In this document: positions 59,428 to 64,000 of the stretch, piece by piece
How the letters are laid out: every line of letters begins with the position of its first letter
How positions within the stretch are numbered: the first letter of the stretch is position 1
Origin: Promethearchaeota archaeon
GTDB lineage: Archaea; Asgardarchaeota; Heimdallarchaeia; Hodarchaeales; Hodarchaeaceae
NCBI GenBank assembly: GCA_048938105.1
Contig: JBHLMN010000018.1
Location: 72,960-136,959, forward strand
Direction of reading: 5' to 3'
Length of the DNA: 64,000 nucleotides
Notes under the pieces: model-generated
What the model saw: only the letters and a program-made list of their open reading frames with translations
Database searches by the model: none
What the model was told of the DNA's origin: nothing
Position numbers and translations under genes: made by a program

Positions 59428-61473
59428 ATGGGGAAAAGAAAAATACTTGATCTGGGAGTACCAGTCGCATTACTCATTGTCCTTTGTGCTGGTACTAGTT
59501 TTTCTTCACCAATGACCGTTATGACCTCCCATTGGGCGTCCGATTTCCGTCCATGGGGAGGATATGTTGATGAGATAATCGCAGCAGTTTATCCCACCGA
59601 AAATATGGCCCTAGCTCTGGCTGCTCTGCAGCAGGGGGGTGAAGCAGGGGGAATTGATGCGTATGACGAACGGGTTCTAATAGAATACGTGGCTGGTCTT
59701 GTAGCTGATCCAAATGTAGCTGTAGATGTGAATTTATCATCGATTTATCGGCATCTTACTCTGAATTGTGGACGGTTCCCAACTAATATTACTGGATACC
59801 GACGAGCCATGGCTTATGGTATGGATAAATACAAGATTAATGCAGAAGCCATTGGAGGCGCTGGTGCGCCTTTGGACAGTTACATCCCAACTGTTGCAGC
59901 AGAGTGGGAAGTTGAAAGCGCATTAGAAACGCACTTTTACGATAAAAATATTGCTGCTGGCAACAACTCACTCGAAAAAGCGGGTTTTAAAGATTTAGAT
60001 GGTGATGGTTGGCGCGAATATGACAAAAATCACAACAACATTTGGGATCCTGACATTGATTTAAATGAAACAGAGTGCGCAATTGAATTGGGTGCTTCAG
60101 TAGGTTATGATCCCTCTATCATCGCGTGTGAAGTTGCAGCAGAGGGCCTAAATGAGATGGGTATGAAAGCAACCGTCTTTGAAAAAGAATTCTCCTTCCT
60201 CATTGATAGCGCACTTATGGGTGACTTTTGGGTTATCTGTTTCAGTTGGAGTATAGGGCAGATTAATCCAACAGATATCTTATATGACTTATTCCGTACA
60301 GGTCAAATTTATGCAGACCTACTATACTATTTTAGTAATGATTCCATTGATTATGCTCTTGACCAGATGATGGAAGCGGAGACTTTGGAAGAAGCAAAGG
60401 ATACAGCTATTATTGTGGGGAAGCTACTTGCTTATGAACAACCGATGATTGTCTGTTACAATGATGCTATAATCAATGCTTACCGTACAGACAAATGGGA
60501 AGGCCACATGCCATTTTTGGGTATGGGGATTGTTCAATACGATAATCCATACGCTTACACACAAATTCGCTTGAAAGAATCCGCAGGTGGCCCCTTAGGA
60601 GGCACTTTACGCGTTTGTTTTTCAGAAGGCTGGGAAAGTACCAATCCTCTCTTTATGACTGACGAGTATAATCTGGATCACCTCATTTGGGAACGTCTAT
60701 GGTCAATCGACCCTAACACCTGGGATCCAATTCCACAACTAGCGTATGATTGGACAATTAAGCAGATCACTGGTGGCCAAAAGTTCACCTTCTACCTGTA
60801 CGACAATGTCACCTGGCATGATGGTGAAGCAGTTATGGCTGATGACGTTGAGTTTACCTTAACAGAAGTTTGGCCGCATAGTCCTGAATTAAGTGACGGG
60901 ATAGCCAATGTCTATGATGTTAAGATAGTAGATGACTACACTGTCGAAATATATACCAACAAGACTGGTTACTTTGAGTGGGGCCAAGCAACAAATTTCC
61001 CAGTGTTACCTAAACACATCTGGATGCAACATGGACCAAATTTCGAGAATTGGGTTCCAACAGCTTCAACAATGATTGGGTCTGGTCCATACAAGGTGAA
61101 AGAAATAGTTGCTGGCCAAAACACCACCTTTATAAGGCATGAAGACTGGCATTGGGATATCCGTGAAATGTCTACCACGACAACTCCTACAACAACTCCC
61201 ACAACAACTCCCACGACAACTCCTACAACAACTCCCACGACAACTCCTACAACAACTCCCACAACTACTCCTACAACAACTCCCACAACTACTCCTACAA
61301 TAACTCCCACCACTACATCCACAACTTCGACTACCAAAAAAACTTCTAAGACTTCCTCAGAGACTTCAAAAGAACCTTCGATTCCAGCGCCAGGATTTGA
61401 ACTCTATTCAGTAATCCCAGTGTTACTGGTTTTTGGGCTTGCTAGCACTTATTTCAGACGAAAACGAAAGTAA
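59428..61473 (+). CDS. ABC-type peptide/nickel solute-binding protein (family 5), PGF-TM anchor; paralog 2
   Basis: Highly similar along its length to 57220..59151. Confidence 0.9.
   Translation: MGKRKILDLGVPVALLIVLCAGTSFSSPMTVMTSHWASDFRPWGGYVDEIIAAVYPTENMALALAALQQGGEAGGIDAYDERVLIEYVAGLVADPNVAVDVNLSSIYRHLTLNCGRFPTNITGYRRAMAYGMDKYKINAEAIGGAGAPLDSYIPTVAAEWEVESALETHFYDKNIAAGNNSLEKAGFKDLDGDGWREYDKNHNNIWDPDIDLNETECAIELGASVGYDPSIIACEVAAEGLNEMGMKATVFEKEFSFLIDSALMGDFWVICFSWSIGQINPTDILYDLFRTGQIYADLLYYFSNDSIDYALDQMMEAETLEEAKDTAIIVGKLLAYEQPMIVCYNDAIINAYRTDKWEGHMPFLGMGIVQYDNPYAYTQIRLKESAGGPLGGTLRVCFSEGWESTNPLFMTDEYNLDHLIWERLWSIDPNTWDPIPQLAYDWTIKQITGGQKFTFYLYDNVTWHDGEAVMADDVEFTLTEVWPHSPELSDGIANVYDVKIVDDYTVEIYTNKTGYFEWGQATNFPVLPKHIWMQHGPNFENWVPTASTMIGSGPYKVKEIVAGQNTTFIRHEDWHWDIREMSTTTTPTTTPTTTPTTTPTTTPTTTPTTTPTTTPTTTPTTTPTITPTTTSTTSTTKKTSKTSSETSKEPSIPAPGFELYSVIPVLLVFGLASTYFRRKRK
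61177..61308 (+). repeat. 12-bp coding tandem repeat x11 encoding (TTTP)n
   Basis: Units ac[a/g]-ac[a/t]-act-cc[t/c]; one unit reads TITP. Confidence 0.95.
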
Positions 61474-61476
61474 AAT

Positions 61477-61521
61477 AACCTGTAAAAATAACAGGTTTTA
61501 TTTCTTCTTTTTTTTCTCTTT
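61477..61521. terminator. Hairpin plus T-tract between convergent genes
   Basis: aacctgt-aaaaata-acaggtt followed by a long T-rich run. Confidence 0.5.
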
Positions 61522-61524
61522 GGA

Positions 61525-62127
61525 TTATAGATTTACAATCTCAGTATATCGAAAACAATCCAGAACATGATCATTGACTATACCAATAGCTTGAATATAA
61601 GCATAACAGATAGTTGGACCAACAAAATTGAATCCTCGTTTTTTCAAGTCTTTGCTTATCGCATTAGAAAGCTCTGTTGAGGCTGGAATATCTGCAAGCT
61701 GCTCAAAACGATTATGGATTGGTTTGAAATTCACAAACTGCCAGATATATTGATCAAAGGAACCAAATTCTTCTTGAACTCTAATAAATTGACGTGCATT
61801 ATTTATGGTACTTTTAATCTTTAAACGATTTCTAATAATGCTTGGATCCAGAGCTAATCTCTCAAGATCATTTTCTTCAGAAAGAGATGCCACTTTCTGT
61901 ACATCAAAGTTTGAAAATACCTTACGATAGCCCTCACGTCTATTGAGAATGGTAGACCAATTAAGCCCTGCTTGCGCACCCTCAAGAATAAGGAACTCAA
62001 ACAGTTCCCTATCATTATGGACTGGGACACCCCACTCCTGGTCGTGATACTCTACCATCAGTGGGTCTGAACCAGCCCAAGCACATCGTTGTTTTGTCAA
62101 TGTCAAATCCTCAATTCTTTTTGTCAC
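61525..62127 (-). CDS. tag: DNA-3-methyladenine glycosylase I
   Basis: RCAWA...YHDQEWG, LEGAQAGLNW, IIRNRLKI, FVGPTICYA..QAIG.VNDH...C. Confidence 0.95.
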   Translation of the reverse strand: MTKRIEDLTLTKQRCAWAGSDPLMVEYHDQEWGVPVHNDRELFEFLILEGAQAGLNWSTILNRREGYRKVFSNFDVQKVASLSEENDLERLALDPSIIRNRLKIKSTINNARQFIRVQEEFGSFDQYIWQFVNFKPIHNRFEQLADIPASTELSNAISKDLKKRGFNFVGPTICYAYIQAIGIVNDHVLDCFRYTEIVNL

Positions 62128-62247
62128 TTATTTTTTTGCTTTAATGAAAAACCAATATGGCTTCTCGTGAACTTCTTCTATCTTAAAATCGTTTTCAATT
62201 GTCAATTGTTGAACATTAGAACCAAAGCGATCTCATTCAAAACTCTA

Positions 62248-63078
62248 TCAGATTATTCTATACCAATATTTAATTCCGAGAATAAGCCAACCAGTATGTC
62301 TACGGCCCCCTTCTACCCATTTGGAGTGATTTTTGTAGCAATAAGCAGGTAAACCAGAATGCTTAAGGACTTGATGTATAGTAAGACCTTGAGATTTTAA
62401 CTTGGCTAGATAGGAGATCAATCGCTCAAAATATTTTCTCACATTCGTTAAGTACTTCTTGTCTACCACAAAACCATGACCAGGTATGATATTCTTGATA
62501 TCTAATGATTCCCAGTACCGATATACATCTAATAACACTTTTCCATTTGTAAAAACCTGAGAATAACATGAAAGAAGGTTATCTCCAGCACACAAAACTT
62601 GTTCTGAAGGAAAAAAAATATAGGCTGAATCAGGGGAATGGCCACCAGTGACTTGAAAAAGTACTTTATTTCCGTTTGAATTTATTACCAATCTCTCTGT
62701 CACTTTGATATCAGGTCGAGGATGTATCTTTGCAGCGCCCTTCTTAGAAATAACGATACTAGTGTCACTAAAGACCTCTAATGCGTCTGAATGATCCCAA
62801 TGTGAATGAGTCAGCAATAAGTGCGATACGTCTTTCTTGAAGTGACGCTCCATATCGCTACGAAATGCTCTCGCTTTTGCGTTAACAGCACCACAATCGA
62901 CGATTATTAATTTCGTGGATAAGTTTATACAGGTCAATGTAACGGTTTCTAGAGAATCCATGTTTGTTATTTCATCGATATTTTTCGGAGCGGTCGTTAT
63001 CACATTAGGAGTAATTTGATTGTATTCCAGACCCATGTTATAAACTAAATCATTTGCTATATTATGTATTACGATCAA
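62248..63078 (-). CDS. Metallo-beta-lactamase-fold hydrolase (cyclase-like)
   Basis: VDCG, THSHWDH, GGHS, AGDNL, IPGHG. Confidence 0.9.
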   Translation of the reverse strand: MIVIHNIANDLVYNMGLEYNQITPNVITTAPKNIDEITNMDSLETVTLTCINLSTKLIIVDCGAVNAKARAFRSDMERHFKKDVSHLLLTHSHWDHSDALEVFSDTSIVISKKGAAKIHPRPDIKVTERLVINSNGNKVLFQVTGGHSPDSAYIFFPSEQVLCAGDNLLSCYSQVFTNGKVLLDVYRYWESLDIKNIIPGHGFVVDKKYLTNVRKYFERLISYLAKLKSQGLTIHQVLKHSGLPAYCYKNHSKWVEGGRRHTGWLILGIKYWYRII

Positions 63079-63318
63079 TGCAAGATGTGTAATTGGCTAC
63101 ACCTAGTGCTTTAAATAAAAAGGAAACTCTACACTCAGAAGAAGGATTAGATTCCTCTCCCATAGGAAAATGAAAATGATTTGTTAGTAAATTTGTGAAA
63201 GAGGTTCAATTATTAGGTAAGTAATTCTTAATAAACTAACTTGTCTTATCCTATATAGTTCTATAGTATTAATTGCTAATAGTGAAGCAGCTTTTCCTCA
63301 TTTATTAGAGTGTAAAAT

Positions 63319-63840
63319 ATGAGCTTGCATCAATCAACATTAACAAAATCTCAACAGGTTATCCTTTATGTTGGAGTACTAATAACTAATTTATTAGGAG
63401 GATTATTTTTTTTAAGGGGCGATTTTGCTTACTGTAGTTATGATACAATGACACGATTTTTTGGTTTCAACCCATATGGTTGGATTGGTATTAATTATGC
63501 AATCGAATTTGCAGGTCAACAAGCACTTGACTGGGGAAATCCCATTCTTCTCATTTTCTTCAGTTTTTCAGGTGTTTTTTTCTACAATATATGTATCTCT
63601 TTAATAGGACTCATAAAACCAGAACATGCTTCTTTGAAGAAAGCGATCCTGATTGGAATGATTCTAGCCACTATTACTGCTATAATAAGCTTTGTAATTG
63701 GGATATCTGTTCTCAAAGAAGTTCTATCACTTTCGAACAGATATTCGAACTTGAAATGGGCGTTTGGATCTGCTTTTTGGGGTGGCTTATTGGGGGGAGG
63801 ACTGACTGCACTGTTCTTCTTTATTATCCTAAAAAAATGA
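63319..63840 (+). CDS. Four-TM membrane protein of unknown function
   Basis: One N-terminal TM, loop, three further TMs, 'WAFGSAFWGGLLGG'. Confidence 0.7.
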   Translation: MSLHQSTLTKSQQVILYVGVLITNLLGGLFFLRGDFAYCSYDTMTRFFGFNPYGWIGINYAIEFAGQQALDWGNPILLIFFSFSGVFFYNICISLIGLIKPEHASLKKAILIGMILATITAIISFVIGISVLKEVLSLSNRYSNLKWAFGSAFWGGLLGGGLTALFFFIILKK

Positions 63841-64000
63841 AGATCTTGATCTAAAAATGTGAAAAGATTCCGATCACGAAGAAAAAAGGAGGAGACGAGG
63901 GGAATTTAACTGAGTTGAAGTCATTTAGTAATTTCACCTTATAGAATAATCTACTAAATTATTTCTGAAAGTGTTTAAAATACAAAAAATCATGAGAACT

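Noticed and set aside
60969-61337. Val/Gly-rich antisense ORF; repeat as CRISPR
   Set aside because: Reverse complement of the (TTTP)n linker; 12-bp units without spacers
1-64000. tRNA, rRNA, CRISPR array, transposase or integrase; selenocysteine read-through
   Set aside because: None recognised by eye; in-frame stops found were of mixed types and fit pseudogenes. tRNAscan-SE, Infernal and CRISPR finders would be needed to exclude them formally

Overview
AT-rich archaeal chromosomal segment, most consistent with an Asgard archaeon of the Heimdallarchaeia/Hodarchaeales type. That assignment is inference from GGTGA/GGAG-type SD sites, T-tract terminators, a double Lrp/AsnC-HTH regulator, and many Ser/Thr-linker + [P/S]G[F/W]-TM-basic-tail surface proteins. 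No rRNA, tRNA, CRISPR array, integrase or transposase was recognised. 1-15.4 kb is a cell-surface glycan modification/sulfation island: polysaccharide deacetylase, AlkP-superfamily enzyme, Wzx flippase, LbH acetyltransferase, giant GT-C/CBM protein, anchored arylsulfotransferase (ASST), small RHH-'LGYL' protein, an unannotated ASST pseudogene, a PAPS-dependent sulfotransferase and an SCP2-ASST fusion. The rest mixes housekeeping genes (tmk, parvulin, GIY-YIG, ABC exporter, M42 peptidase, rhomboid, tag) with repeat-rich anchored surface proteins, a GC-richer luxE/luxC pair and receptor-like proteins (SBBP-Ig-TM-HTH; WD40-TM-Zn ribbon). Top leads: (1) a putative two-step, lipid-carrier-mediated trans-membrane sulfation relay; (2) a tandem pair of unannotated 49-aa peptides sharing YLN[FY]NGPL; (3) a surface receptor with a cytoplasmic HTH; (4) the LuxCE module; (5) a new Cys-rich paralog pair; (6) single genes flanked by 46-66 bp direct repeats. 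All family assignments are from motif reading; no database search was run.
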